The notes: generated by a model from the letters alone, not told the origin. A DNA stretch of 64,000 nucleotides from an uncultured Alphaproteobacteria bacterium (GCA_963757115.1 CAVWQV010000001.1:127901-191900); one strand, 5' to 3'; counted from the first letter of the stretch, positions 31,065 to 40,811 are shown. Numbers and translations are program-made.

Positions 31065-32936
31065 CTACTCCATACCCGGCCCGGCGTTCGGCACCGCGGC
31101 GGCACTGGGCGGCCTGAGGTCGAGGACCGAACCGCCCGTCGTGGTCAGCCGGTGGTCAATTACGGTGAGCGGCGCATGAGCGAGGGCGGCGGTGATGCTG
31201 GCCAGATATCGCTCGAAGAGGAAGGCAGGGCCGCCCACGGCCGCCGCCTCGCGATCGGCGGTGAACCGGGTGAGGTCGGTTTGCGCCCCGCCTGTGGCCT
31301 CCGCGGCCGCCGATCGCGCCTCGTTGACGATCTCCGCCGCGTGCTGCGCCGCCGCTGCGCCAAGGGCAAGCGCGCGGCCGCGCTCGGCCGAGATGCTGGC
31401 GCTGGCGGCGATGGTGGCCGCCTGCACTCCGTGATACGCGCCCGCCGCTCCCGCCGGGGGATGGATCGCCTCGATCACCACCGCAAGCAGCTCGATCCCC
31501 GGATCGAACGGGTCGAGGGCCGCTTGCACCTGGTCGCGCAGGCGTGCCGCCATCGCTTCCCGGTCGGCCCCGAGTACGCCATCGAGGGTTTGTCCCGCGA
31601 AGAAGTCCGCCGCGACGCGGCCCGCGGCGGCGCGCACCAAGGCCTCGGGCTCCGCGGCGCCGTACGTCGCTCGCAACGCGCCTGCGTCCGAGAGCCCGAT
31701 CCGGTAGAGCACCCGCAGGTCGGCGCTCACCGTCTGGAAGCTCGTATTGCCGCCGCTGCGGCCGGCGATGAGGAAGGTGAGTTCCCCGGCATGGCTCTGG
31801 TTCCAGAGCCGGTCGGCACTCGGCGGCGGCGGCGCCTCGGCGTCGATACGCTCGAGCCCGCCAAGCGGCTCGGTCAGTCGCGCGTCGTGGACCGTCCCGA
31901 ACTCGATCGGGCGGGCGAACCCGAACGGCCACGGCAAGATGGCGTGAAGTCCCGGATGCAGCACGGCGACCGGCGCGCCCAGCCGCTCATACACGGCCCG
32001 CCCGTCGAGCGGCACGAGCACCACGCCGGACAGCCCCCAGCCGAGCAGCAGCAGCACCGAAGCCATCGGCAGAGCGGCAGTGCGCACATAGGCCAGCGCC
32101 CAGCTGCGGGAGAAGTCGATCCCGAAATGCTGGCGGATGGGGGATCCGATGCGGCCGCGCGATCGCACGCCGTCCGAAACCAGGCGCGCAACCGTGCTGC
32201 GGACGGCGGCGCGAGCGAGCCCGGGTTCAGGGGGCGGCAAGAATCCCCGTGCGGCCGCTCGTGCCGCAAGCTCGAGGCTCGTTGCCACGACCAGGCAGAC
32301 GCATGCGACGCCAAGCGTCCTCGACAGATCAAAGCCGAGCGCGGCGGCGAACTCCATAGCTCCGAGGGTGGCGAACACCAGCACCGGAAGCAGCAGAAGT
32401 GCTCGGAGATCGGCCGCCTCCGGTAGCCGCGCGCCGGACAGCCCGGCCGCCCACCGCTCCGCCACCAGCAACGGAAAGGCAAGCACGACCGCGGCACCCG
32501 CCAAGAGGTCGGCCGTCTCGGCCGGCGCAGCGAGCGGGAGTGGGCGCGGCCGCAGGAGCCATGCGCACACCATGGCGACCAACGCCGGTGCGACGACCGC
32601 AATCACCTGCGGCCAGCGGGCGGCCCGGCCGATCGGTTCGCCGTGGTCGACTGACTCCGTCTCAGGCCGTGCTCGGGCCGCCGCCATGATGGAGGTCGCC
32701 AGGAGGCCCGCGAACGCCGGCAGCAACGACGCGAGCATGAGCCCGCCGAGGCCGCTTCGCGCCAGTTCCACGAGCACGGGGACGGATGGGAACCGGATGC
32801 CGGCCGCGAGAAGCACCACGAGAACGGCGGCGGCAGCGAAGTAGGCAAGCGCGAGCGAACCCAGCGTTTGGCCGAGATCGCTCCCTCTGCTCAGAACTCG
32901 CAGACTATGTTTCGTGGCGCCAACGTGATCTTGCAC
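31065..32936 (-). CDS. HflK-like SPFH-domain protein with large N-terminal polytopic membrane region
   Basis: 623-aa intact ORF. The first 330 aa have about 8-10 hydrophobic helices. The C-terminal 250 aa are band-7/SPFH-like (GELTFLIAGRSGGNTSFQTVSADLRVLYRI...). Confidence 0.6.
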   Translation of the reverse strand: MQDHVGATKHSLRVLSRGSDLGQTLGSLALAYFAAAAVLVVLLAAGIRFPSVPVLVELARSGLGGLMLASLLPAFAGLLATSIMAAARARPETESVDHGEPIGRAARWPQVIAVVAPALVAMVCAWLLRPRPLPLAAPAETADLLAGAAVVLAFPLLVAERWAAGLSGARLPEAADLRALLLLPVLVFATLGAMEFAAALGFDLSRTLGVACVCLVVATSLELAARAAARGFLPPPEPGLARAAVRSTVARLVSDGVRSRGRIGSPIRQHFGIDFSRSWALAYVRTAALPMASVLLLLGWGLSGVVLVPLDGRAVYERLGAPVAVLHPGLHAILPWPFGFARPIEFGTVHDARLTEPLGGLERIDAEAPPPPSADRLWNQSHAGELTFLIAGRSGGNTSFQTVSADLRVLYRIGLSDAGALRATYGAAEPEALVRAAAGRVAADFFAGQTLDGVLGADREAMAARLRDQVQAALDPFDPGIELLAVVIEAIHPPAGAAGAYHGVQAATIAASASISAERGRALALGAAAAQHAAEIVNEARSAAAEATGGAQTDLTRFTADREAAAVGGPAFLFERYLASITAALAHAPLTVIDHRLTTTGGSVLDLRPPSAAAVPNAGPGME

Positions 32937-34417
32937 AAACCGCTCTTGAGACCGCTAATTTTGTGGACATACGCGTTATAGCCTGTTGTCCGGCCGGACG
33001 CATCTTCGGTGGCGTCGAGCACTGCGAAGCCGAACTCGTCATGCGAGTAGGCCCGCATCACCTGCGTGCTTGTCGTTCCTCCCCCAACAGTATGCACGGT
33101 GAAGCCGTAATCGGCATCATTGAACGGCGGCGGGTTCACGATGCCGTTCGGCACCTTGCCGGTGAGGAGGTCGTCATCCAGCAGGGTGCCGCCGATGCCG
33201 ACGATCAGCTGCGGCGCGAAATAACGGTAGTTATCGAAGTTGATGAATTGAAACTGATGGATGTGACCGGACAGGAACAGGCCGATATTGCCTGGCACGC
33301 CGTTCTTGAACGCGCTGGTCGGGGTCGTTCCGCCGTTGAATACGGCCTGTTCGGTGGCGTCACCCGCGTTGTCAACCGCCTGGTAGACGAGACCGAAGCT
33401 CGGCTTGTGGGTGACGAAGATGTCGGTCGTTCCCGGGATCGCATTGAGCAGCTGCGTGAGATCGGCGTCGTACTTCGCGGCGGTCGCAGGGTCGACCGCG
33501 TTATCGTTCGCGTAGCTCGAGTCATGGATCAGCAGGTTCAGGTCGGACACCGGCACGACGTAACTCGGGCTGAAATCGTAGGCCGAGCCCTTGCTGCAGG
33601 TGAACGGGGACTTGTCGCCGTTCGGGTAGGGTCGCGGATCGAGCAGGCGATACCAGCCCTGCGCGCCACGCCCGCAGCTTTCGTGGTTGCCGCGGACCAT
33701 CACCCAGGGTGCGGCCGCGAGCAGCACGTTGGCCGGCGAGAACAGATCGGCGTTCCAGGAACTCCAGTTGTCGCCCCAGGGCTCGAAGCGTGGGCTGGCC
33801 GGATCGTTGCAGCCGGGGAACGCGTTGTTGCAGTCGGTGTCGCGATAAAAATAGTCCCCGACATGCACCACGAGGTCGGGCCTGAACAGCGCCTCGTAGT
33901 TTGCGAGAAAGCGCAGCGGGAAGGCGACGGGGCTGCTGCAGTCCTGCTGGTTCGACCCGTCGGCGCCGCGCGGGCCGTTCATGCGGCATCCGGTGTCGGC
34001 GATCACGAGGATCCGCTTCGGATCCTTGACCGGAAGCCTGAGGGCAAGGCCGCCGATGCTTGCCTCGCGATGCCCCGGCGGCACGACAGCCTCGCACAAG
34101 GTGACCGGGAAATTGCCGACTGGGGGCAGGGGACCCGCGACCGGAGCATCGGGCGTGAAGCGGACATTCATCGCGAGTGGCGACCCGTCGATCGTGAGCG
34201 CGGGGCAGGTATGGCTGGCGGTGATCGCGCGGGCGAGAATGGTGGGAGTCGTGCTGGCGGGCGCGTCGCCGTACGAACCCGCGGCAAGCGCGCCCGGCGA
34301 ACTGCCCGGCCCCAGCTGGATCCATCGAGCAAGTACGCCATCACCGTCTGCGCGCGCGGATACGGGGAGCAAAGCAACGGCGAGCACGACGAGCGCCGTG
34401 CGCAGTGAGCGAAGCAT
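32891..34417 (-). CDS. secreted calcineurin-like metallophosphoesterase
   Basis: Signal peptide MLRSLRTALVVLAVALLPVSARA. Motifs VVHVGDYFYRD, VMVRGNHES, SGHIHQFQ. 508 aa, intact. Confidence 0.75.
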   Translation of the reverse strand: MLRSLRTALVVLAVALLPVSARADGDGVLARWIQLGPGSSPGALAAGSYGDAPASTTPTILARAITASHTCPALTIDGSPLAMNVRFTPDAPVAGPLPPVGNFPVTLCEAVVPPGHREASIGGLALRLPVKDPKRILVIADTGCRMNGPRGADGSNQQDCSSPVAFPLRFLANYEALFRPDLVVHVGDYFYRDTDCNNAFPGCNDPASPRFEPWGDNWSSWNADLFSPANVLLAAAPWVMVRGNHESCGRGAQGWYRLLDPRPYPNGDKSPFTCSKGSAYDFSPSYVVPVSDLNLLIHDSSYANDNAVDPATAAKYDADLTQLLNAIPGTTDIFVTHKPSFGLVYQAVDNAGDATEQAVFNGGTTPTSAFKNGVPGNIGLFLSGHIHQFQFINFDNYRYFAPQLIVGIGGTLLDDDLLTGKVPNGIVNPPPFNDADYGFTVHTVGGGTTSTQVMRAYSHDEFGFAVLDATEDASGRTTGYNAYVHKISGLKSGLCKITLAPRNIVCEF

Positions 34418-34507
34418 CGGCGCATCCTCTTCGGCGGAAGGATTGTGCCCTCGATGCCAGACTTGGTCCATGAAGCTTGCGGGACTCCGCCCGGCTTCTG
34501 GCCGTTC

Positions 34508-36193
34508 TCAGCGGAACAACGCCCACGCGCTGGAAAGCGCCACGCTGGCACCCCAGGCGATGGGCAGCCCTACCGCGAGCCAGGCAAGCACTACAGTCCC
34601 GTTTAGCGCGCCTCGGCCGATCCCCTGCTCACGCCCTTCCGCGACCGGTGCTGCGGCAAGATCGCGCGGCATGAACCATCGAGGCGCCAATGGACGGATC
34701 GCCAGATTGGCGACGAACCCAAAGGCGAGCAGCCCGGCCAGCAAGTAAAGCGTCACATCGTAGATCCGCTCACGTGCCACTCCAGCCGCAAGCTCGGCTT
34801 CCCGCATGTAGTTCACGATCACAGGCCCGATGATCCCGGCCGTCGACCATGCGGTCAACAACCGCCCGTGGATCGCGCCTACGAAACGCGTGCCGAAAAC
34901 GTCGGCAAGATATGCCGGAACGGTCGCAAACCCGCCGCCATACATAGACAGGATCACGCAAAGCATGGCGACGAACAATGCCTCGCTGCCGATATGCGCG
35001 GCCGTTGGCGCAAGGGCGTAGAGCGCAATGCCAAGCAGGAAGAACGTCGAGTAGGTGGCGCGCCGCCCGATCCGGTCGGAGATCGAAGCCCAGAAGAAAC
35101 GCCCGCCGATGTTGAACAAGGACAGCAGCCCGGTCAGCCCCGCTGCGATCGCGGCCACCGCCCGGCGCTGACTCTCGTCCAGATCATTCAAGCCGTGGCC
35201 CGGCCGGCCGATCAAAGCCCCACCGAAGATTTCCTGGACCATCGGCGAGGCCATGCCGATCACGCCGATGCCGGCACTCACGTTGAGCAGCAGCACGGTC
35301 CAGATCAGCCAGAATTGTGGCGTGCGGTGCGCATCGCGCAAATCGACATCGCCGGTGGCGATCAACGGCCGCGGATCGGGGCGCCATCCCGCTGGCTGCC
35401 AGCCGTCAGGCGGAACCCGGTAACCAAACGCGCCTCCCAGCATGAAGACAAAGTAAATTGCTGCCAGCGTAACGAAGGTCTGCCATACGCCGACTTGGCC
35501 GGGGCCACGAAACACACCCATCAGGATTTGGGCCAAAGGTGCGCCGATCATCGCACCACCGCCGAAGCCCATGATCGCCATGCCGGTGGCCATGCCACGC
35601 CGGTCAGGGAACCATCTAATCAGCGAGGATACGGGCGAGATGTAGCCGAGGCCCAGCCCCACGCCCCCGATAAAGCCCGAACCGAGCCACAGCATCCACA
35701 GCTGGTGCAGTCGCACGCCCGCCGCCGAGATGAGAAAACCGCCGCACCAGCACACAGCGGCAACGACGCCCGCACGGCGCGGTCCGACCCGCTCCAGCCA
35801 GCCGCCCCAAAGAGCCGCGGCCGCACCAAGAACGACGAAGAAGAGGGTGTATATCCAGCCGAGGTCAGACACCCGCCAGTCGCACGTCGTCGTGGTCAAG
35901 GCGCCAATCAGTGTCAGGTCGGGACACACCACAGGCCGCGTGCCGCCGAGGGCGTGCGATAACGGCAACCAGAAGACGCTGAAACCGTAAGCCATCCCAA
36001 TGCAGAGGTGGATGGCGAGGGCGGCCGGGGGCACCAGCCATCGGTTGAAGCCGGGCCGGGCGATAATCCGCTCGCGATCCAGCAAGCCGGGCGCGTGCCC
36101 GGGCGCTTCCATTCTGGCGGTTTCCTTCCTCTCGTCGCCCGTCGTCGCGGGCTTTGCCGAATAGTGCTTTCCCGGAGCGTTCCGATCAATCAA
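34508..36193 (-). CDS. MFS transporter, oxalate/formate antiporter (OFA) family
   Basis: 561-aa intact ORF (real start may be MEAPG at about 36115). OFA-like 12-TMS pattern. Confidence 0.7.
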   Translation of the reverse strand: MIDRNAPGKHYSAKPATTGDERKETARMEAPGHAPGLLDRERIIARPGFNRWLVPPAALAIHLCIGMAYGFSVFWLPLSHALGGTRPVVCPDLTLIGALTTTTCDWRVSDLGWIYTLFFVVLGAAAALWGGWLERVGPRRAGVVAAVCWCGGFLISAAGVRLHQLWMLWLGSGFIGGVGLGLGYISPVSSLIRWFPDRRGMATGMAIMGFGGGAMIGAPLAQILMGVFRGPGQVGVWQTFVTLAAIYFVFMLGGAFGYRVPPDGWQPAGWRPDPRPLIATGDVDLRDAHRTPQFWLIWTVLLLNVSAGIGVIGMASPMVQEIFGGALIGRPGHGLNDLDESQRRAVAAIAAGLTGLLSLFNIGGRFFWASISDRIGRRATYSTFFLLGIALYALAPTAAHIGSEALFVAMLCVILSMYGGGFATVPAYLADVFGTRFVGAIHGRLLTAWSTAGIIGPVIVNYMREAELAAGVARERIYDVTLYLLAGLLAFGFVANLAIRPLAPRWFMPRDLAAAPVAEGREQGIGRGALNGTVVLAWLAVGLPIAWGASVALSSAWALFR

Positions 36194-36267
36194 TAGTTCC
36201 GGGTCTCAGTTTGAGGAATATCCGGGAAGCGCTTGCCCGCCGGCGGGGTGGCGCTAATTGCTGACCT

Positions 36268-37398
36268 ATGTACCCCGACCCGAGCCTCGCCCCCGTCTAC
36301 ATCGGCAGTGAGATCTACCGCGGTTCGAGCTATGGGCCGAAGCATCCCCTGGCGATCCCGCGCGTCTCGACCTGCACCGACCTTTGCCGCGCTCTAGGCT
36401 GGTTGCGGGACGAGAACTACGTGGACGCGCCGATCGCGACCGACCTCGAGCTGGCCCGGTTTCACTCGCCGGATTATATCGCCGCGCTGCGCCGGGCCGA
36501 GGCGGCGCAAGCCGTGGGGGAGGCGGACCGAGCCCGGTTCCGCATCGGCGCCGAGGGCAATCCGGTCTATCCGGATGTGTTCCGCCGTCCGGCGATCTCC
36601 GCAGGCGGGGTGATCCTCGCGGCCCGTCTCACGCTGTCCGGCGGCATCGTCCATTGCCCGGGCGGCGGCACGCACCACGGCCGTCCGACGCGCGCCTCGG
36701 GGTTCTGCTTCATCAACGATCCAGTGCTAGGGCTCTACGCTTGGCTCGACGCCGGCATCCGCAACGTCATTTACCTCGACATGGACGCGCATCACGGCGA
36801 CGGCGTGCAGGATGCGTTCGCCGACGACGCCCGCGTTCTCACCATCAGTATTCATGAAGCCGGCCGGTGGCCGTTCACGGGAGCAGCCGAGGACCGGGGC
36901 GGCGGGGCCGTGCGCAATTTGCCGGTGCCGCAGGGCTTCAACGACAGCGAACTCGGCTATCTGCTCGAGCGCGCCATCGTTCCGCTGATCGCCGCGCGTC
37001 GGCCGGAGGCGATCATGCTGCAATGCGGGGCCGACGCCCTTGAGGAAGACCCGCTCGCGCGGCTGTCGCTGTCCAACAACGCCTACTGGTCCGTGGTGCG
37101 CGCCGTTCGCGGCCTCGCGCCGAGGCTGGTGGTGCTTGGCGGAGGCGGCTACAATCCTTGGACGGTCGGCCGCTGCTGGGCCGGCATTTGGGCCACTTTG
37201 AATGATTTTCTTATCCCCGACCAATTATCCCCAGCTGCGGAGGCGGTACTGCGCGGCTTGCGATTCGACCGCGCGGCGGGCCGCAATCCGCCGGCGCACT
37301 GGTTCACGACCTTGCGGGATGCGCCTCGAACCGGGGTGGTGCGGGAGGAAGTCAAACGGGTGGCCGCCCTGACTTTGATGGAGAAATTGCAAGCATGA
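36268..37398 (+). CDS. acuC: histone-deacetylase-family protein (acetoin utilization AcuC-like)
   Basis: 376 aa intact. HDAC motifs (GFCFINDPVLG, YLDMDAHHGDGVQDAF). Confidence 0.8.
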   Translation: MYPDPSLAPVYIGSEIYRGSSYGPKHPLAIPRVSTCTDLCRALGWLRDENYVDAPIATDLELARFHSPDYIAALRRAEAAQAVGEADRARFRIGAEGNPVYPDVFRRPAISAGGVILAARLTLSGGIVHCPGGGTHHGRPTRASGFCFINDPVLGLYAWLDAGIRNVIYLDMDAHHGDGVQDAFADDARVLTISIHEAGRWPFTGAAEDRGGGAVRNLPVPQGFNDSELGYLLERAIVPLIAARRPEAIMLQCGADALEEDPLARLSLSNNAYWSVVRAVRGLAPRLVVLGGGGYNPWTVGRCWAGIWATLNDFLIPDQLSPAAEAVLRGLRFDRAAGRNPPAHWFTTLRDAPRTGVVREEVKRVAALTLMEKLQA

Positions 37399-37892
37399 AA
37401 CAAAATCTTTGGTTCACCGTATTTCTAGTGCTTGCGAGCGCGACGCCAGCAATGGCGCAGGTTTGCGCCAAGCCGGACGCCCTGCACGCCCCGCAGCCGA
37501 CGCTGCCGAAGGAGCAGTTGGTTATCGTTGGCCGGGACGGAAAAGAGCATGCGCTTTCGGTCGAGATGGCGCTCACCCCTGCCCAGCAGGAGATCGGGCT
37601 GATGTCGCGGCCGACGGTGTCGCCGGATAGCGGGATGCTGTTCGACTGGGGGCGGTCGGAGCAGTCTCGGATGTGGATGTGCAACACGATCGCGCCGCTC
37701 GACATGGTGTTCATCCGCTCGGATGGAACCGTCAACTCCATCGCGGAAAACACGGTCCCGCAGAGCCTCGCGGAGATCGACAGCCACGGCCCGGTACGGG
37801 CGACTTTGGAACTCGCGGCCGGCACCGCGGCGAGGCTCGGCATCCGCGTCGGCGACAAGGTGCGGCAGCGGATCTTTGGTACGGCGGCGTAG
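37395..37892 (+). CDS. DUF192-domain secreted protein
   Basis: 165 aa with a signal peptide. Segments GLMSRP...MLFDW, MWMCNTIAPLDMVFI. ATGA overlap with the acuC stop. Confidence 0.7.
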   Translation: MKQNLWFTVFLVLASATPAMAQVCAKPDALHAPQPTLPKEQLVIVGRDGKEHALSVEMALTPAQQEIGLMSRPTVSPDSGMLFDWGRSEQSRMWMCNTIAPLDMVFIRSDGTVNSIAENTVPQSLAEIDSHGPVRATLELAAGTAARLGIRVGDKVRQRIFGTAA

Positions 37893-38796
37893 GGCCAGTC
37901 TCGGCGGGCTTGCGGCGGCGCTGGTGCTGGTGCTGGCGTCGCGCACGCCCTGTGCGATGACGGTGCAACTCGTCCCGATACCGGGTGAAACTCGGTCGCA
38001 GGCCCTGCTGCTGCAGGGCCACATCGTCGACGGGGACGTGGCCCGTTTGCGCCGGGCGCTTGGGCAGGGCGGGTTTGCGGCCATCGTGCTGAACAGCCCG
38101 GGCGGCAGCGTCGTGGAGGCGCGCGACATGGCGCGCTTGATCCGCAACCTGAACGTTCCGGTGGTGGTGCCGCAGCGCGCGGTTTGCGCATCCGCCTGCT
38201 TTCTCTTGTTCGCCGCGGGGTCCGACAAGGTGGTCGAGCCCGGCGCAATGATCGGGGTCCACAGCGCCTCCGTAGCGGGCGGCAACGAAACGATGAGCTC
38301 GCTGGGCGTGACCACGCTCATGGCGCGGGAGGCCGCTCGCTACGGTGTGCCGGCCGGGATCACCGGGCGGATGGTCACGACCGCGCCCGGCCAAATGGCA
38401 TGGCTCAGCGGGGCCGACCTGCAAGGCATGGGCGCACGCGTGGCACCGACGCGTGCCGCCGGGGGCGCGGCAGTACTGCCGGGCTCCGGCGCGGCTACCC
38501 CGTCCGATTGGACGCGAGGGTTCGAGCAGGGGCAGCGGGGCGCGGGAGAAGACTGTTCGCCGCCGCCCGCAATCGGCAATCCCGCCGATTTCCGCTTGGG
38601 CTGCGCGTCCGGGCAGCGTTCCGGCACCGCCCGGGTTACCTCAGTGCCGAGCGGCAAGTCGGACTGGACGCGCGGGTTCGAGTATGGGCGCGCGCGGGGC
38701 GCCACCGCCGATTGTAGCTCGCCCGAGCCGGCCGTGAGCGCCCCCCGGGATTGGTCACTTGGCTGTGCTTCGGGCCAGCGGTCAGCAGCACGATGA
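37875..38796 (+). CDS. periplasmic ClpP/S49-like (crotonase-fold) protein with two C-terminal Cys-containing about 48-aa repeats; probable TTG start
   Basis: ORF 37723..38796. Signal peptide (RRRRASLGGLAAALVLVLASRTPCA). The core (IVLNSPGGSVVEARDMARLIRNLNVPVVVP...CASACFLLFAAGSDKVV) is ClpP/SppA-like. The tail carries two repeats of the pattern DWTRGFExG...DCSxP...LGCASGQRS. Confidence 0.55.
38500..38790 (+). repeat. in-frame tandem DNA repeat (2 copies of about 145 nt) encoding the Cys-containing C-terminal repeats
   Basis: ...gactggacgcgNgggttcgag...ttgggctgNgcNtcNgggcagcg... is seen twice in succession. Confidence 0.6.
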
Positions 38797-38849
38797 TTGC
38801 AGCTGCCGGCGCTTGCGCCCGTGCAGACGGCCCAATAGGGTCCGGCGCT

Positions 38850-38927
38850 CGGGGCGTGGCGCAGCCTGGTTAGCGCGCGTGTTTTGGGTACACGAGGCCC
38901 CCGGTTCGAATCCGGGCGCCCCGACCA
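38850..38927 (+). tRNA. tRNA-Pro: tRNA-Pro (anticodon UGG)
   Basis: Cloverleaf folded by hand: acceptor CGGGGCG/CGCCCCG, D-stem GCGC, anticodon stem CGTGT/ACACG with loop TTTGGGT, T-arm CCCGG-TTCGAAT-CCGGG, discriminator A, encoded CCA. Confidence 0.9.
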
Positions 38928-38950
38928 AGCCCGATGTGAGGATAAGGATC

Positions 38951-39256
38951 ATGCGCGCCCGCATCTATCAGCCGCCCAAGAGCGCCATGCAGTCGGGGTG
39001 GGCCGCCACCCATGGATGGGTGCTCGAGTTCCAACCGGCCGAGCCTCGCCGGCCCGACCCTTTGATGGGCTGGATCGGCAGCGCCGACACGCAGTCGCAG
39101 GTGGTCCTGCACTTCGGGACGGAAGCGGAGGCGATCGCCTATGCCGAGAAGAACAGCATACCTTACGATCTTGAGCGTCCGCATCCGCGGGAGATCAAGC
39201 CGAAGGCATATGCCGACAATTTCCGCTTCGGGCGGATCGAAAACTGGACCCACTAG
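38951..39256 (+). CDS. ETC complex I subunit conserved-region protein (NDUFS4-like)
   Basis: Internal ATG of ORF 38759..39256: MRARIYQPPKSAMQSGWAATHGWVLEFQPAEPRRPDPLMGWIGSADTQSQVVLHFGTEAEAIAYAEKN... Confidence 0.85.
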   Translation: MRARIYQPPKSAMQSGWAATHGWVLEFQPAEPRRPDPLMGWIGSADTQSQVVLHFGTEAEAIAYAEKNSIPYDLERPHPREIKPKAYADNFRFGRIENWTH

Positions 39257-39263
39257 CTTTTGC

Positions 39264-39340
<77 letters not shown>

Positions 39341-39373
39341 ACACTACAGGCGCCGATTGAGGGGACATACGCA

Positions 39374-39703
39374 ATGAGCAACGCCGAACTCGACAAAGTC
39401 CTGGGCTCGGTCGACGCCGCCGTCCGGCGCGCTTACGCGCTCGGACGCAAGGAGGCCTTGGACCAGCTCGTCACCTATTGCCGCTCGGACGAGGTCGCTT
39501 CGCCCCCGCTCGCGCTGGCGCCGCCCGAACCGGAGGGCTCAGTGGCGAAGCTGGCCGACGGTGCCCCGACGGGCGCGGAGAACCCGACCAGCGCAAACGA
39601 CGACGTGGAGGACGAGGGAATCCGGCTCGCGCCGGCACGGAACGGCACCGGCGGCATCACCGGGGCCATCCTCGATTTCGTGTATCCACCAAAAGCGCGG
39701 TGA
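39374..39703 (+). CDS. hypothetical protein (acidic C-terminus)
   Basis: 109-aa ORF immediately after tRNA-Arg. No recognised domain. Confidence 0.35.
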   Translation: MSNAELDKVLGSVDAAVRRAYALGRKEALDQLVTYCRSDEVASPPLALAPPEPEGSVAKLADGAPTGAENPTSANDDVEDEGIRLAPARNGTGGITGAILDFVYPPKAR

Positions 39704-39815
39704 TGACCGGAGCCCTCGTTTTCCTGTGAGAGCCAACGGCGGCGTTCCACGGCGACGCCGGCACCGGCGGCGGTCCCAGGCGTTTCCGCGCCTTGGGACG
39801 TCCGCTAAGGAGGGC

Positions 39816-40691
39816 ATGCCCATCCGGGTCGGCGCCTACGAGCTGACCAAGAAGGGTGCCGCACGCTACGACCCTCGCGACCTGTACCACCTGCTCGTGT
39901 CACTGAGCTGGCCCCAATTTCTGCTCCTAGTGCTCGTCGTCGTGCTGCTTATTCATATCGCTTTCGCGGTCTTGTACGTGGAAGCGCCAGGATCCATCGT
40001 CAACGCTCGCCCCGGCTCGTTTACCGACGCGTTCTTCTTCAGCGTCGAAACCTTGGCGACCGTGGGCTACGGCGTGATGGCGCCGGCGTCGCTGTATGGT
40101 CACGTGGTTTCGGCGACGGAAATCCTTTGCGGCATGACGTTTACGGCCATCATCACGGGGGTGATCTTCGTTCGGTTTTCCCGGCCGCGCGCCAAGATCG
40201 TCTACGCCTCGCACCCCGTGGTTACCAATTTCAACGGGCAGCCGACGCTCATGATCCGGATCGGCAACGGACGCCTCAGCCTGATGACAGACGCCCACGC
40301 CGAGCTCGCCGCGCTCATAATGGAGCGGACCGACGAGGGATCGCTGTTCCGCCGGGGCCATGATCTGCGCCTGCTGCGGGACCGGCTGCCGATGTTCGCG
40401 CTCACCTGGACGTTGATACACCCGATCGATGCTAACAGTCCGCTTGCGGGTTACGACTCCGCGCGCCTTATTGAAGGCGACGTACGACTGTATCTCACGG
40501 TGCAAGCGCGCGATCACACCATGGCCGTCGAGGTCTTCGACATGAAGGATTACGGTCCGCAGGACATCCTGTTCGGCATGCGCTATGTCGACGCGGTGAC
40601 GACCAACGCCGAAGGGCACACGGTTGCCGACCTGGGTCGACTCAGCCTCGTGGAGCCCGACGCCCAGAATGCCATGGTCGAGGGGGCGTGA
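39816..40691 (+). CDS. inward-rectifier-type K+ channel (KirBac family)
   Basis: Internal ATG preceded by AAGGAGGG. Two TM helices flank a pore helix with the TVGYG selectivity filter (FFFSVETLATVGYGVMAP). Kir-type cytoplasmic beta-rich C-terminal domain. Confidence 0.85.
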   Translation: MPIRVGAYELTKKGAARYDPRDLYHLLVSLSWPQFLLLVLVVVLLIHIAFAVLYVEAPGSIVNARPGSFTDAFFFSVETLATVGYGVMAPASLYGHVVSATEILCGMTFTAIITGVIFVRFSRPRAKIVYASHPVVTNFNGQPTLMIRIGNGRLSLMTDAHAELAALIMERTDEGSLFRRGHDLRLLRDRLPMFALTWTLIHPIDANSPLAGYDSARLIEGDVRLYLTVQARDHTMAVEVFDMKDYGPQDILFGMRYVDAVTTNAEGHTVADLGRLSLVEPDAQNAMVEGA

Positions 40692-40811
40692 GCAGAGTCC
40701 TCTTTGGCTGCAGCTTTGCGGCGAAGCCGTTCTGAGGACTTCGGACAGCGCACGTTTGTTGCGCGCAACGGGCGAGTTTTGGCATGGTGAACCGGTTCAC
40801 CGGGGACCACC

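Noticed and set aside
30477-32426. 649-aa plus-strand ORF antisense to the HflK/HflC-like genes
   Set aside because: Arg/Gly low-complexity. The SPFH proteins on the minus strand explain the region.
32786-35962. Long plus-strand ORFs (540 aa, 364 aa) antisense to the phosphoesterase and OFA transporter genes
   Set aside because: Same GC artefact. No motifs.
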